This document shows, one piece after another, positions 35,001 through 47,453 of a stretch of DNA of 57,515 nt (its first letter is position 1; every line of letters begins with the position of its first letter). Made by a program: the position numbers and the translations under genes. The DNA is from Macrostomum lignano. Its lineage: Eukaryota. Location of the stretch: positions 1 through 57,515 of the forward strand of contig NIVC01004158.1 in assembly GCA_002269645.1 (NCBI GenBank). The letters run 5' to 3'. The notes under the pieces are model-generated. The model was given only the letters and a program-made list of their open reading frames with translations. It did no database searches and had not been told where the DNA came from.

Positions 35001-35442
35001 GATTCACCTCAGAGATCTCTTCGCCACCTTTTCGACCAGCGCCTTTGCTAGAATCGACAATAACTCCACCTTTCAGGCGGGCAAAACCGGCTGGGACAGT
35101 GAGCAAATTATGTGAGCAATAGTGCTTTTCAGATGAGCGCCATTCCCTGAGTTGTCGCTTCTCTTGCATTGGATCTCCATAGGACCAGTCTGAGTTAGCA
35201 GCGGACCTGCCGCTGGCATTGCCAGACCCGCCAACAAGTGGATGGTAGTGCAGACCACTCACTCTGGGCACTAGAAGACGCTTTATACCAGAATTCAACG
35301 ACTCCAGCTCAGATGAGCTAGCATCGTCCATTGAAGCTGACTGTTGATTTTTTTGCGATATGCTATACCATAGTGACAGCGAAAACCATAGCATGCTTAC
35401 ACAGGCCAAGCCTTTAATTATCTTGCCAGCTGATATTCGCAT
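32090..35442 (-). CDS. Type II membrane glycosyltransferase, GT61/DUF563 family (EOGT/POMGNT2-like); exons 35008-35442, 34036-34476, 32827-33213, 32090-32353 (~508 aa)
   Basis: N-terminal signal anchor, ITRYEYANLYHTMTDFYNAF, LLFVWRRNY...RKIANE, MDFRQQL, ILAGMHGAALSHTLFLPPGSALMELYP. Three phase-0 GT-AG introns. Confidence 0.88.
32403..32800. repeat. 34-bp minisatellite in GT61 intron 3 (CTTGAATCTGCCTCTCCGCTCTTCTCACTCAGTC)
   Basis: Direct tandem repeats. Confidence 0.95.
33298..34000. repeat. 34-bp minisatellite in GT61 intron 2 (CTCAAATCCATGGAAACAGCCACTCATTGCTGAT)
   Basis: Direct tandem repeats. Confidence 0.95.
34598..34860 (+). mobile_element. tRNA-derived SINE family B copy in GT61 intron 1
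   Basis: Shares the GGAGCAATTTGTGTCCTTGA.CAAG.CAC...CTGCATTGCT...TTCACCCAGCT core with the other two copies. Confidence 0.8.
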
Positions 35443-36472
35443 TATAAAATCAATTCAATTTGTATAGATGTACACTTTGTTATCAACAGAAAAATATAAT
35501 TCAATCATTTTGAAATTTGTAGCAATACTTATTAGATTACTGTGGCAGACAAGTGCAAGTGCACATGAAGATGGCCGTTTAGGTGCCTTTGCACCCACCT
35601 GCACATCACGCCGCATCTATGCATCACCAACCCTGGAGATTAGGGGTGGGGGTTTGCCCACCCAGCCTGAGCTACATGGGGGTTGGGGTTGACTGACTAA
35701 CTAGCGCGTTGGCCTTTTTAACCTGTTTGTATGCAGACACTTGTAAGAACTTTTTGCTCTCTACAAATACAATTTCAAGTCTGCATGCAGTAGCTATTGC
35801 CTACTTCATTACAAGGCTTAAATTAATCTTTTTAAGGTAGTTAAAGTTACTACCACCATTTACCAAGAGCACAGTCATATAAAATAATTTGTTGGATAAT
35901 ATATACTTTTTAAGCAATCATCTGAACTCTAAATCAGTAAGTATAGGTAAATGTGTTGCATTGTAAAATAGGCTCTAAGAACATACAAAAAAGCTATTAG
36001 ACAAAATATCTAAGACAAAATTTATATAGATAAAAAGATTATTTACATGTAATTTAGTTTGATAAAATTAAGAGAACAAATGTAGTTTATACTTTGTGGT
36101 AAATTTTGGTAGTTTTCAACTATAAATGTAGGCATGATAATTGAGATAAAATTGCAACTACCAATATAGTAATTAGTAAAATTGGTATAAGGTATAAACA
36201 GGGTTTTTTTTTTGTGCGCAGAGTGTGCGTATGCACCCTAAATTTTAAAATCGCACCCTGAAATTAAAAAAGTAGGTGCGGTTTAGGTGCGGTCTTATAA
36301 CCATTTTTCTTTAAAGGCTTAACCATGCTTAAGCTATTTTTTATGCACTGCCTTAAAATATGAAACAAAATAACTCTTTAAATCCTATTAAGTCATATAG
36401 GCGATATAGCCTATAGCTATAGCCTTATGTAAGATATTAAAATATACATTCCCAGTTGTCTGAAATGTGAGC

Positions 36473-38964
36473 AATGTGAGGGTTTCACGAGAGATATTCA
36501 GACAAAGGCTCCCTAAAACACGCCCCGCACCGGGCCCCGAACTGCTACACATTATAACATTGTTTGTCAATGCAGTATTTGATTGCAAGGAAAAGTTAAA
36601 ATAGTAATGGAATAAATATCTTTATTTATTTTTTTAAATATTATTATTTTTTATATTCTCGTTTTCATTATTAAATTATAATATTATTATTTTATTAATA
36701 TTATTATTAATATCACTTATTGTTCACCGAATTTTATATTTCAAAGTAAAAAAACTAAATTTAATAAAAACTTGAAGCTTAACAGAAAACGCATTCTGAA
36801 GTGTCTTTAGTTATAGTCCAATTTGTTTTAATGTGTAGCGCTGCAGGGCGGGGCGGGGCGTGTTTTAGGAAGACCCATTCAGACAGACATTCAAAATGAT
36901 TGTCTGTAACTTCAAACAAAATTGACCCGCTTCAACCATCTTTTTGGCAAATACTTATGCAAGTGTTGGGCGTCGAATAAGCTTTAATTTATTAACTGAA
37001 GTAAAAATCCTTCTGACATACATTGATTTAAAAATTGCTTAGCAACACTAGCTCTGATTAGAAATCGCTTTACTGTTGACTAAAATTGTTTTGATCGTAG
37101 CAGCCTAAAAGCAGATACTGGATTTAAAAATGCTTCGATTTACTCTATACGCATGTCTCAGCTTTAAAATGACACCTCAGGCGTCGCAAAAGACAGCTTT
37201 GATGCTGAGATATTCGACACTAAACATGCATTGCTTTGCGCAATCTCACATTCAGAAATTTCACTGATTTTTTGTCGATATTTGTGCAGTTGCCGTGTCC
37301 TTGTTTTTCATCAGAATCTTGTCAAATTCTAGTCATGTCTATACGCATGTCTCAGCTTTAAAATGACACCTCAGGCATTGCAAAAGACAGCTTTGATGCT
37401 GAGATATTCGACACTAAACATTGCTTTGCTCATGCAAACTCACATTCGGAAACTTCACTGATTTTTATTCAATATTTGTTCAGATGCTTGTCTACTTCTC
37501 CATTTATTAACCATCGCATGGAGCCTTGCTAACGTACAAGTGTATGTAGTTATAGTAAATGGGGTTTTTGTGACTCACTTAAACTTGTTTACGCATTCTG
37601 CAGCTATTCGCCGCCTTTCATTTGAGTGATTCATGGAGTCCAGTTGATAAATTTCCACAAATTGGACTGCTTCTACGTCAGATCTCAACATTTGGAACCG
37701 TCCTTGAACTATTTCAGAGTTAAGTGAGCTAATGGCATCAAATGGAAGGCTAGTGCTCGTACTTGTAAGCGAAGCAGGTTCACAATTGAAATGGTTGTAT
37801 TCATGGCCATGGGATCTAAACTGATCTGTTTTCCTTTCACGATCGCTTTGGTCTCAGAAGGAGCAGCAGTTGATGGACTGAGGTGAGAAGAAGATGTGTC
37901 ACGACTTGAGCTGTTTTTAGAAAATATCTTTATCCAATTAAATATTTTCATGCGGCTCCTTAGGTTGTTCCAAATTCCGAGTCTAGAAGTCAAGACAGAA
38001 AAAAAGTTAAGAACTGCTACTGTAGTCCGTAGGGATTGGAAAGCTTAGCAGTACATTAGAAATCGCCTGTTCAATCTAAAAAGTTTGAAGTACATATAGC
38101 TATTGGGTTGCAACAACAGTAGAAAAAATTCTTCCTTTTTATTTTATTCCCACCGCTTACCTCATTCCGATTTGGATAGCAGAATTGCCACGCAAAAAAA
38201 GTAAAAACATAACAATAAACTATTTGCTTCATATTAATTGCCACTGACTGTTAATAAACGCGACGTCAATTTCTCTCAATAACAGTTAGAACATGTTTCT
38301 CGTACACTCGTATATTTATTTGAAAAGCAAAGCGGTGAAAAAGTCATGATTGGTTGCCATATGTACAAATGTACACTCACAGACTCACTGACTCAGGTAC
38401 AATCTATGCAATATAAAGGCAGGAATCATTAAAAATCAAATACTTAAGACAGTTTAAGAGAAGTCCAGGTTTAAACTGGACATGACTAGAATTTGACAAG
38501 TTTCTGATGAAAAACAAGGACACGGCAACTGCACAAATATCGACAAAAAATCAGTGAAATTTCTGAATGTGAGATTGCGCAAAGCAATGCATGTTTAGTG
38601 TCGAATATCTCAGCATCAAAGCTGTCTTTTGCGACGCCTGAGGTGTCATTTTAAAGCTGAGACATGCATATAGAGTAAATCGAAGCATTTTTAAATCCAG
38701 TATCTGCTTTTAGGCTGCTACGATCAAAACAATTTTAGTCAACAGTAAAGCAATTTCTAATCAGAGCTAGTGTTGCTAAGCAATTTTTAAATCAATGTAT
38801 GTCAGAAGGATTTTTACTTCAGTTAATAAATTAAAGCTTATTCGATGCCCAACACTTGCGTAAGTATTTGCCAAAAAGATGGTTGAAGCGGGTCAATTTT
38901 GTTTAAAGTTACAGACGATCGTTTCGAATGCCTGTCTGAATATCTCTCGTGAAACCCTCACATT
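36473..38964. mobile_element. Foldback/long-TIR non-autonomous element (arms ~490 bp)
   Basis: 36473-36504 plus 36877-37339 is a near-perfect reverse complement of 38479-38964. No recognisable intact transposase lies between the arms. Confidence 0.85.
36505..36876. mobile_element. MULE-like MITE inserted in the left arm of the foldback element
   Basis: Inverted ends CCTAAAACACGCCCCGC...CTACACATT and a 9-bp duplication ATTCAGACA (36496-36504 / 36877-36885). Confidence 0.75.
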
Positions 38965-40059
38965 CTAAACAAGACTCAAGAGAAATTGCACTCTGAGCCT
39001 TAAAATCGCACCTTGAAATTTGGCACAAGGTGCGATTTCGCACCTTATCTCTGGCGAAAAAAAAACCCAGGGTATAAATTACAATAGGCAATAGGTAGTT
39101 ATAGATATACCTATAGAAAACCACTACTCTTATGGCTAGGAATATAAAAGCTGACTTATACTATATCTAAATTTCTACATTATTGCAAAAAGCACAAAAA
39201 GCAGCACACAAGCCAAACAAATTTAATAAATTGCTAGCCTAGCAGGAGGCCTAGTACTAGTAAAAGTGATAATGTACTAACTATTCTATTAGTAGGCCCT
39301 AATATTATTATTACGAGTAGGCCTAGGCCTATTTGTATTGACTGATTGACTGACTGATTTGCACGGTGGCTCCAAAGGCTATTAAAAATAAAATACATAC
39401 ATGTAGCATTTACGAAGCATTCTCAGGCCGAGTGGGTTTGATGATTGGAGGTTTGAGGTTTCTTTTAGTAAGTTTTAGCCCGGTTGGTGGAGACTGAATT
39501 AATTTTAGATTTGAATAAAGTAACTTAGTAAATTTGGCTCAAGCAAATAGCCTTTTAGGCCAACGTAAAACTGATCAAAGGACCTAGGACCCTATTTAAA
39601 AGTTCGGTGCAGTTATTCTTGGAATTTAAATTGCCGCGCTTGAATCCTAATTCACGTTCCAATATCCGACCAGCAGGTAATACCGTCTGTCGGGGTCCTC
39701 TATTATAATAGGGGAAGTTTCTCTGAAAACGTTAATATATAGTAATATTTCGATTGTAATTCTGAAATTTTAATTCGATAGTGATGGAGTCGACTCCATT
39801 CGATTGTAAAATTTCGAGTATACAATGTAATTACAGCAAGGGGAAGTATAGTTGCACATTTAAAAAGCTAAAAAATGAGCTGTTGTAAAATGAGGCTATG
39901 CAATAATTTGCATTAATTTAATAGGGTAATTAAACGTAATGTAGAGGTACGTACGCTCGTACATGTAAATGATGTAATCTCACAAGACTAAATGTGTACA
40001 TGTAAATTCGTAAATCTTACTGACACTTGCATTTGGCGGCACGGGTTGACAGATCTGCA

Positions 40060-41900
40060 CAACAACAACAACAACAAAATACGCGACCCCGCATGCAGTC
40101 ACAGTTAGGGCAGGGCGCGTCAGATGGCGCGCCGCAGAGCCTGCAGGAGCGAACGAAGTCCGCTCCGTTGGCAGTGTCGGGCGCTCCAGCGTCGCACAGC
40201 AGGCAGTCCACGCCGTCAGCGTCCACATCTCGGCGTCGTAGAGCAGGACGGTTTCGACCACCGCCTGCCACAGCCGAGCCCTCTGGCGGTCAGGCAGCGC
40301 TTCGAATTGGACGACGGCCCGGATCGAACGAAAGGCCGCCCAGGCAAGTCCTCTGCGCCACCGGAGGTCCTCCTCTCCACGTGAGGCACCAGACCGCCGA
40401 GGTAGGTGAGCCGCTGGAAGCATGCGAGCTTGGTCGTCTGCCCGTCTGCGCCGCGGCACGTTAGGTCCGCTGGGATTTCGGCCGGCACAGTCAGCACCTC
40501 GGTCTTCAACGTGTTGACAACCAGACCGACGCTCGATGCCACTTCGACCAGTCTGTTGATCTGGCGCTGGGCGCCTTCAGCGGACGAGGACAGGAGGGCG
40601 AGGTCGTCGGCGTAGCCAAGCACGCTCAGGCGGTTATCTGAGCGGCGATCGATGCTTCTGCTCAGCAGGAAGCCGTTGTCGGCCGAGGGGAGTGCGATTC
40701 AAAGCGCTCAGTCCAAGCAGCGCAAAGAGGAGCGGCGCTAGCGTGACGCTTTGCAGAATTCTTGATGAAGTGTCAAACAGGTCAGGCAGGCTGTCCGCCG
40801 TCACCACAGCAGCTTGAGTATAGCAATACAGCGACATGACAGCGTCGATTAGCTGCTGCGGAATTCGGTAGACTCGAAGGATGAAGGGAAGCGCGGCTCT
40901 CAACACACTGCATGGCTCTTCGATTCGGGGCCAGCTGCAGTGATGGACTGGAGGGCGTCGTCGACGGTGGCTTGCTGCCGCTCGTCTAAAAGACGTTCAA
41001 ACCGGCCGCCGGTTTATGCGCAGTCGCTCGACGTTGAGTGCGCCTGTCTGATGGTCGGGTCGCTCTGCCAGACAGGCAGCGATTTCTGCGCCGGCCTCAT
41101 CAGCAGGACCGTCTGCTCCGCAGCGGCTCTAACGGCGCTGCTGATGTCGGAATACTCCGCCTCGCGCTGGGCTCCAAGTGCGCCAACGAAGACACCCGCG
41201 AATTGACGCTTCACGCGGGTGTCCGACAGAGCGCGATAATAGCGCCGTGGCTGCTGCTTTGGTGGTCGGTAGAGCTGGTCGCTCGGAGCCGAAAGTCGCA
41301 GGGCAGGTCTGACCGGAGGGTCAGAGGAGCAATGGTGACGCAGTTGGTGACGCGGCGGCGCCAGTCTCCTCATGGCCTTCCGCCCGAGTGCGTTCCGCTG
41401 CCTTCTCTGCAGCCTGCAAAGGTGACCAACATTTACAGTCAGACAGTCAGACAGTCATTCAGTCAGCTGTAACATTAGGTGTAGAGGGTCGGGCCACTTG
41501 TACAACCAGCAATCGTCGACGTCCCAGCATCAGCGACCGTCGGGTTTACCTGGCGCTTATAAGTAAGCCTTTCAAGCGCTGCAGTGGCCATCGAAATGAT
41601 GGGCCTGGAGCTGACGACGTCGTGGCGGTTATTTTGTTACGGCGCGGTTGCGAGACTCGTATAGATGTGCAACATCGTATAGAAGGCAAATAATGGTGCC
41701 GGTGTGGATGTGGGGAGCGTCGGTTGATGCGGAAGTATTGGCGAGCGGAATTGAAGGGAATAGCGGCGTAGCGGGTAAGAACTGGTGAGAGTTGGGCGGG
41801 CGGCGTTTCACTACAGCAATTCGACGTATAACGACAATACGAGGATGACATTCGTAAAAGATCGAGAAGGCGAGGTCACGAAGCTATAGTAAAACCTACA
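40060..41900 (-). mobile_element. Degraded non-LTR retrotransposon (RTE-like RT), with (GTT)n 3' tail
   Basis: Broken ORFs with IPQQLIDAVMSLY, LAPLLF, LGYADDLALLSSS...GLVVNTLKTEVL, TYLGG, GLAWAAF...VETVLLYDAEMWTLT. (AAC)n at ~40060-40077. Confidence 0.85.
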
Positions 41901-43538
41901 CAGCTACCTAGTCACAATTTATCTGTTTCTGTAAACTTGTTGTTTTCCAGCCGTACCCAACTAATGATTCTCAGTATACGATCTAGACTAAGACAACAAC
42001 CGATTGCAGTGTATTTAAGGAGAAATTTTGACCGTGATTATTGAATATTTTTACTAATATATGTCTCTATTAGCATGGCTGCTATGGCATACTGAAGTAA
42101 CATCACATGTGGCTATTAAGCAAATGGGAAAATTAAGAAATTCTACTGTTAAACTAATAGCTAGCTATATAGTACTCGTACAATTCTGCATAATAGAGGC
42201 TCTCGTATAAAACAGCATTAGGAGAGAGTTGCTAAATGCTGACGACTAATGGCAAAGCTTTTAGTATATGCGCTACATGTAAAACTCCAATCGCATTCAG
42301 ATGAAGCAAATTTCCGGAAGAAAAACTTTCTTCCCTAGCTATGCAACAATTGTGTTAAAAGCAAAGGCTAAATTTTCCATCCCCTGCATGCAGTATCACA
42401 TGCAGAGTCGAGTTGATCCTGCAATGCGACACCGCTGCATGAATGCTGAGAATTAATTAATAAGCAAAATTATGCCTCTCAATGTGTGTAAAACGCAAAT
42501 GCGTTCCTTTCCTAGGTGCCCGTTACCTTTTTTATACAACGCTAATGCGATCCGTCTGCTAAAGCGAAGGTCATTTCTAAAGCCATAAAAAGCGCGATCG
42601 AGTCGGTGTTAGCTAGGGAGATCAATAGCTATAAGAAACGGCCTACAACGCCGCTAATATTTTTACAGCTACGTTTACAAATTCAATCTTATAAGGCATT
42701 GAACCACTTGCTAAAGTGTAACAAAACCTACTTGGCTTAAAAAGGCCATAAAATACATGCGTATTTTTGGATAGATTAACTAAATTTTAAAACTTTTAAA
42801 ACAGACTTTCCGATGCATGTTATAAATTTAAAAAAAACAAGCAAAAAATAAAAAATAACAAAAAATAATTGTACAAGCGTAGACCGTACCTGTGATAACC
42901 GTTGCGTTGCGGCGTAACATTCGCGTTTTGTATTTTTTCACGTATGTTATGGAAATATGTGCACAGAAAATAGAAAACAAATTAAAATTAGTAGTATTTC
43001 ATTAATAATTAATAATTAACAAGAAGTTTTTATATTCTTATTTGAATTAATCAGTGCACAGTAATCATAATATCTCAATCAATTCAATCAATCATCTCAG
43101 TCTATTGGGCTAAATTTCTACGCGGCCTGCAACCTTCGTACGTACATGTACAACATTATTTAATGGTTCCTTATTAAATTGCGACATTGCGACAACACAA
43201 ATAAAATGAAAAAAAGAATAGTATAAAACAATGGAGAGCTAAAAATACAACAATATTAAGAAAATTTAGAGTTTTTACACACAAATTTAAGTGAAAATGG
43301 ATTTAATATATACGAGTTTACCGGGGGTAATTATATTCAATTGTAAATATTTTTATGATGTTATCCATTTTCAATAACTCGTTATTCTATAATTTAACCA
43401 ATTACCCCCATTTTGGTTCTTGTGGTAAAAGCATTTTTCTACATTAGCATCAATAAAAATAGGCCTACATACAAATTCATTTGTTCTGAAAGTGGTGCAG
43501 ATATCTTTGTTTGGATTTCAAACAAGGTACATGTACCT

Positions 43539-43932
43539 CCCTAGAAGACATTGACTTGTTGATTCTTAGCAGATCTTATCTATCTTCTTGGGTTGCTGCG
43601 CAAGTACTTGCAAGAAAGTGCAAGATCTTTGCTATAATAATACGAGTTACTTAGGTAAACTTAACAGATCTGGGCGACTTGCTACATCGTACAAGATCTT
43701 AGCTTTTATATTTTTTAAAGCTTCGAATCGCATTTTTCTGAAATTTATTGTCCCATTTTGTCATAAAATAAAATATAGTTCAGCTGGAACACTTTAGCCA
43801 AATGAATAACAAAACAAATGTACCTCCCATCTTAGAAAATTCTGCAAGAACCGCGAGCGGATTGAGAAGATCTGCTAAGAATGGCACAGAGACAAGATCT
43901 GCTAAGTTTGAGAAACAGAATGTCCTCTAGGG
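43539..43932. mobile_element. MITE with CCC termini and 2-bp TSD (CMC-like)
   Basis: CT|CCCTAGAAGACATT ... AATGTCCTCTAGGG|CT. Confidence 0.7.
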
Positions 43933-44085
43933 CTGTTTCACTGTAGCCGGTAACTAATACAAATACTCGAAATAAATGTTACTCATCAACTACAGAGTCA
44001 AAAGACTAAACAAAAACGAGATTAAAATTTGAAATTATGAGTTCCAAGAATAATGCAGCTTGTGCGAACCAAGCTTATCACTCAT

Positions 44086-46353
44086 CTAATGCCCGCAGCC
44101 CTCGACGCTGACGAGGGTCACGGAGGCCCAGCCGTCCGTGCTGTTCACAGACGCCGAGGCAACGCAGCCGACTCCGCCGCAGAAACTCCCGCCGCCGCCG
44201 CCGGCCCACAGCTTTGACAGACCGGCGCCGCCTCCGCTGTAGCCGCCGCCGCCGCCTGAGGCTCCGCCAGTGGACAACAGCAATGTGAGCAATATACTTC
44301 CAGAACCGCCGCCACCTCCTCCGCCGCCAAAGCCGCCGGCGCCTCCGTCCCGACCACCAGCGCTGCTTCCACCGGCTCCGCCGATCCAGCCCTCCAACAG
44401 GCCGCCGCCGTGACGTCCGTCACTGCCGCTGCCAGATGCGCTGACCGACTTGCCAAGCCATCCAGCGCCGCAGCCGCCGTTGTAGCTTTTCGAACCAGCG
44501 TCATGAGTGCCGCCATTTCCGCCCGTGCCTCCGCTGCCGCCTCCGCTACTGGCGTCTGAGTGCTTCATTGCGTTGGTGCCGCTTTGGCTACTCGGCTGGC
44601 CAGACGATCCTACAGAGAATGGTTTCCAACCAGTAAAAGTAATGCTATTAATGTATGCTGTAACTAGAACGTCAAATAAAATTTGGCCACGTTCATGATT
44701 ACTGTTCGCTTTTCTTCAAAATAAATATTTAGGAAAATCGTTGTGAATTGAACACAAAACTCAAAGACTCAAGCGATTTTGCGAAGAGCGTCGGGAAACT
44801 AGGGACAGAAAGCATTTAGTTGCAGCCTTAGCGCGTGCACTACATTGGCCCTTGTGAGTGCAAATCGCTAATTATCGCGCAGAAACCAGAAATTAATGTT
44901 TCGCAGGCGGAATCGAATGCAGGGTCCTGAGACGCGAGAGTCGGATGGGATTACCGACCGCTAAGCTTACATGCATTACTCGTTGACCTTGGACTGTCCC
45001 CGTTAATGATTTACTTGTATGTGGCTTATATCCTTTGTCAAGATTGTACAGCAGCATCACGGGGCACACCAAACACAGCTTGGGAATTGAAAATCGAGGT
45101 GGCTCGCTCTCACTAAAAGAAGTGAAAGTTTAGAGATTACTTGGTTTGTTAATTTTTTCGTCGCATTTGAACACGGAGTGATTTGGTTGCTCAATCGATG
45201 GTGGCGTAATTATTTAGTATAGGAGTCTCTTTATATTCACAATCGGTAGAGAGGAACCACATGGAACTGCAAAAGAAATATTTCAACGATCGCTCACCGT
45301 CGACTCCCGCAGTGGCGCCGCCGCCGCCACCGGCTGCCAGGTACAGCGTGCCGCCGCCGCTCGAGTACACGAAGGAGCCCCCGCCGCCGCCGGCGCCGCT
45401 GAAGTCCCGACCGTTGCCGCCCGATCCGCCGACGGCGACGCTCAAAGCCGCTTTGGCCGCCAGCTGGAACTTGCCGGACAGCTGAACGCCGCTGCCACCG
45501 ACTGACGGCGAGAACTCCGACGGCGGGGACGGGACTGAGCCGCCTGAGCCGCTCTGAGCAGCGATGGCGTAGCAGCCGGTCAGCGGGACGGAGAAGCTGC
45601 TGACGGAACCGGCTGCAGAGGTTGAATGCGGCCTTTGAATATTCTGAACACTGCATGTGAGCTAAACATGAACCTATGCACACTAGAGTTTATGCTTAAG
45701 GGGGTTGTGGCCTAGAGGTTGGAGCATTGGACTCAAAGACCGAAGGGTCGTGGGTTCGATTCTCGACCCACTGGGAGCAATTTGTGTCCTTGAGCAAGTC
45801 ACATGACTCTGCATTGCTTTAATTCACCCAGCTGTAAAATTGGTGCTAGCATTAGCTGGGGTAATTGAGAATAGAAACAGTTAGCGTTTTTTTCACTTTT
45901 TAGTACACTTGGACAATCGCAGCAACTTTCACCCTCCCCAACCGTGAGTGCTCAGCGAAATGACTCACCTGTGATCGAGCGAGTGAAGCTGCGAACGCTG
46001 GCTGGCAGCCGCTTGAGGAAGTCGGAGGCCAGGAACACCCGGTGCCCCGCTCCAGCCGTGAAGTTCCACACAGTGCCGCACCCGTTCGGCTCCGATGACG
46101 GCCGCAGCTGCACTGCAAAACAGACGCCGCCCTGCAGCACCGCGCCAGATGCGTTCCGGCGGCCGGACTTCATGAGGCAGCTCTGCAGGCTCTCCGACTC
46201 GCCCAACACCGACACGCAGTGGCTCAGAGTGTCATTGAGCAGCAGCTCATCTGCTGGCTTGTACTGCACACTGACCGGTGCTGAGGGACAGGCCGCTTGC
46301 GACCAGACAGGACTCAGACTGAGCAGCTGCACGAGCACTGGAATGCATTTCAT
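44086..46353 (-). CDS. Secreted protein: signal peptide, Cys-containing N-domain and ALK/LTK-type glycine-rich domain; exons 45969-46353, 45298-45612, 44086-44609 (~407 aa)
   Basis: MKCIPVLVQLLSLSPVWSQA signal-like start. FSVPLTGCYAIAA...GGSG..LSGKFQL...LSVAVGGSGG...GGGGGSFV...LYLAAGGGGG...GGAGGFGGGGGG...GGGGGYSGG...GGGGGSF matches the glycine-rich domain consensus. Both phase-1 introns join in frame. Confidence 0.82.
45700..45872 (+). mobile_element. tRNA-derived SINE family B copy (3'-truncated) in intron 1
   Basis: GGGGTTGTGGCCTAGAGGTTGGAGC...GGGTTCGATTCTC head plus the shared core. Confidence 0.8.
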
Positions 46354-46838
46354 AGCGTGACTGAACTCACACTGAGCACTAGTGAGTGAGCACTGGAATG
46401 CATTTCATAGCGTGACTGAACTCACACTGAGCACTAGTGAGTGAGCACTGGAATGCATTTCATAGCGTGACTGAATTCACACTGAGCACTAGTGAGTGAG
46501 CACTGGAATGCATTTCATAGTGTGATTGAACTCACACTGAGCACTAGTGAGTGAGCACTGGAATGCATTTCATAGCGTGACTGAACTCACACTGAGCACT
46601 AGTGAGTGAGCACTGGAATGCATTTCATTGTGTGACTGAACTCACACTGAGCACTAGTGAGTGAGCACTGGAATGCATTTCATAGTGTGACTGAACTCAC
46701 ACTGAGCACTAGTGAGTGAGCACTGGAATGCATTTCATAGCGTGACTGAACTCACACTGAGCACTAGTGAGTGAGCACTGGAATGCATTTCATAGCGTGA
46801 CTGAACTCACACTGAGCACTAGTGAGTGAGCACTGGAA
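46333..46838. repeat. 55-bp tandem array (9 full units) overlapping the start codon of the glycine-rich gene
   Basis: Units begin every 55 nt from 46333 to 46773. Each carries ATGAAATGCATTCCAGTGCTC on the minus strand. Confidence 0.97.
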
Positions 46839-47453
46839 ACAGTGTAATGCATTTTACATTAGACTAAATAAAGAAATGAAAAGAAGCTATCACTTACGCA
46901 GAAAATAAATTTCAAAATAATTCTTAGAAACCATGCTCTGATAAGGTATGCTGTTTTGCTCCAGAAAAAGCAGGTGAGTTTGAATGACTTCTAAGCCACC
47001 CTGCTACATGTATTTGAGGAGCTAAACTTCAGCATTCAGAAAAGAGTATCTTTCTGAATGTGATTCGTCGATGTGGACCGATACTTTTTCTTTCGAACAG
47101 CCAACCAATCACCTCTGTTTTGCTGACTTTGACTCGAACGTGTAAATTTGTATTGGATTTGAGTCAACAGCCAATAAAGTGAACCACAAAAGATAAACTT
47201 ATCAAACATCCGACAGGTTGTGCTTGGTTGTGTACACAGTCGGAACATCTGACACAGTAGTTACTTAAATGTGTCGTTTACCTTTCTGTCTGAATCACCA
47301 GCGCTTGAATTTTTTTGATTTCACAAATTCTTTAATGTCAACATTTGCTGAGTTCTGTGAGAAATGAGGCAGTGATCTTAATAAACACCACAGCACGTCA
47401 TTTTAAAAGTGCCCTGTCTTGGCATAAAAGAAACCAAAATACTGAACTGCTAC

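Larger units (their letters stand above)
36199..39070. mobile_element. hAT-type MITE with 8-bp TSD, expanded by a nested ~2.6-kb insertion
   Basis: GGTATAAA|CAGGGTTTTT ... AAAAACCCAG|GGTATAAA is an exact 8-bp TSD. The two halves match the 16756-17004 element. Confidence 0.85.

Noticed and set aside
32090-35442. Horizontal transfer or bacterial contamination for the GT61 and glycine-rich genes
   Set aside because: Both have canonical spliceosomal introns and host SINE insertions. Origin cannot be judged without a phylogeny.
37480-38000. Transposase inside the foldback element (ORF 37709-37993)
   Set aside because: Short broken frames with no catalytic motif I can recognise.
383-46838. Regularly spaced repeat arrays as CRISPR arrays
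   Set aside because: The units are contiguous with no unique spacers, there are no cas genes, and the context is eukaryotic and intronic.
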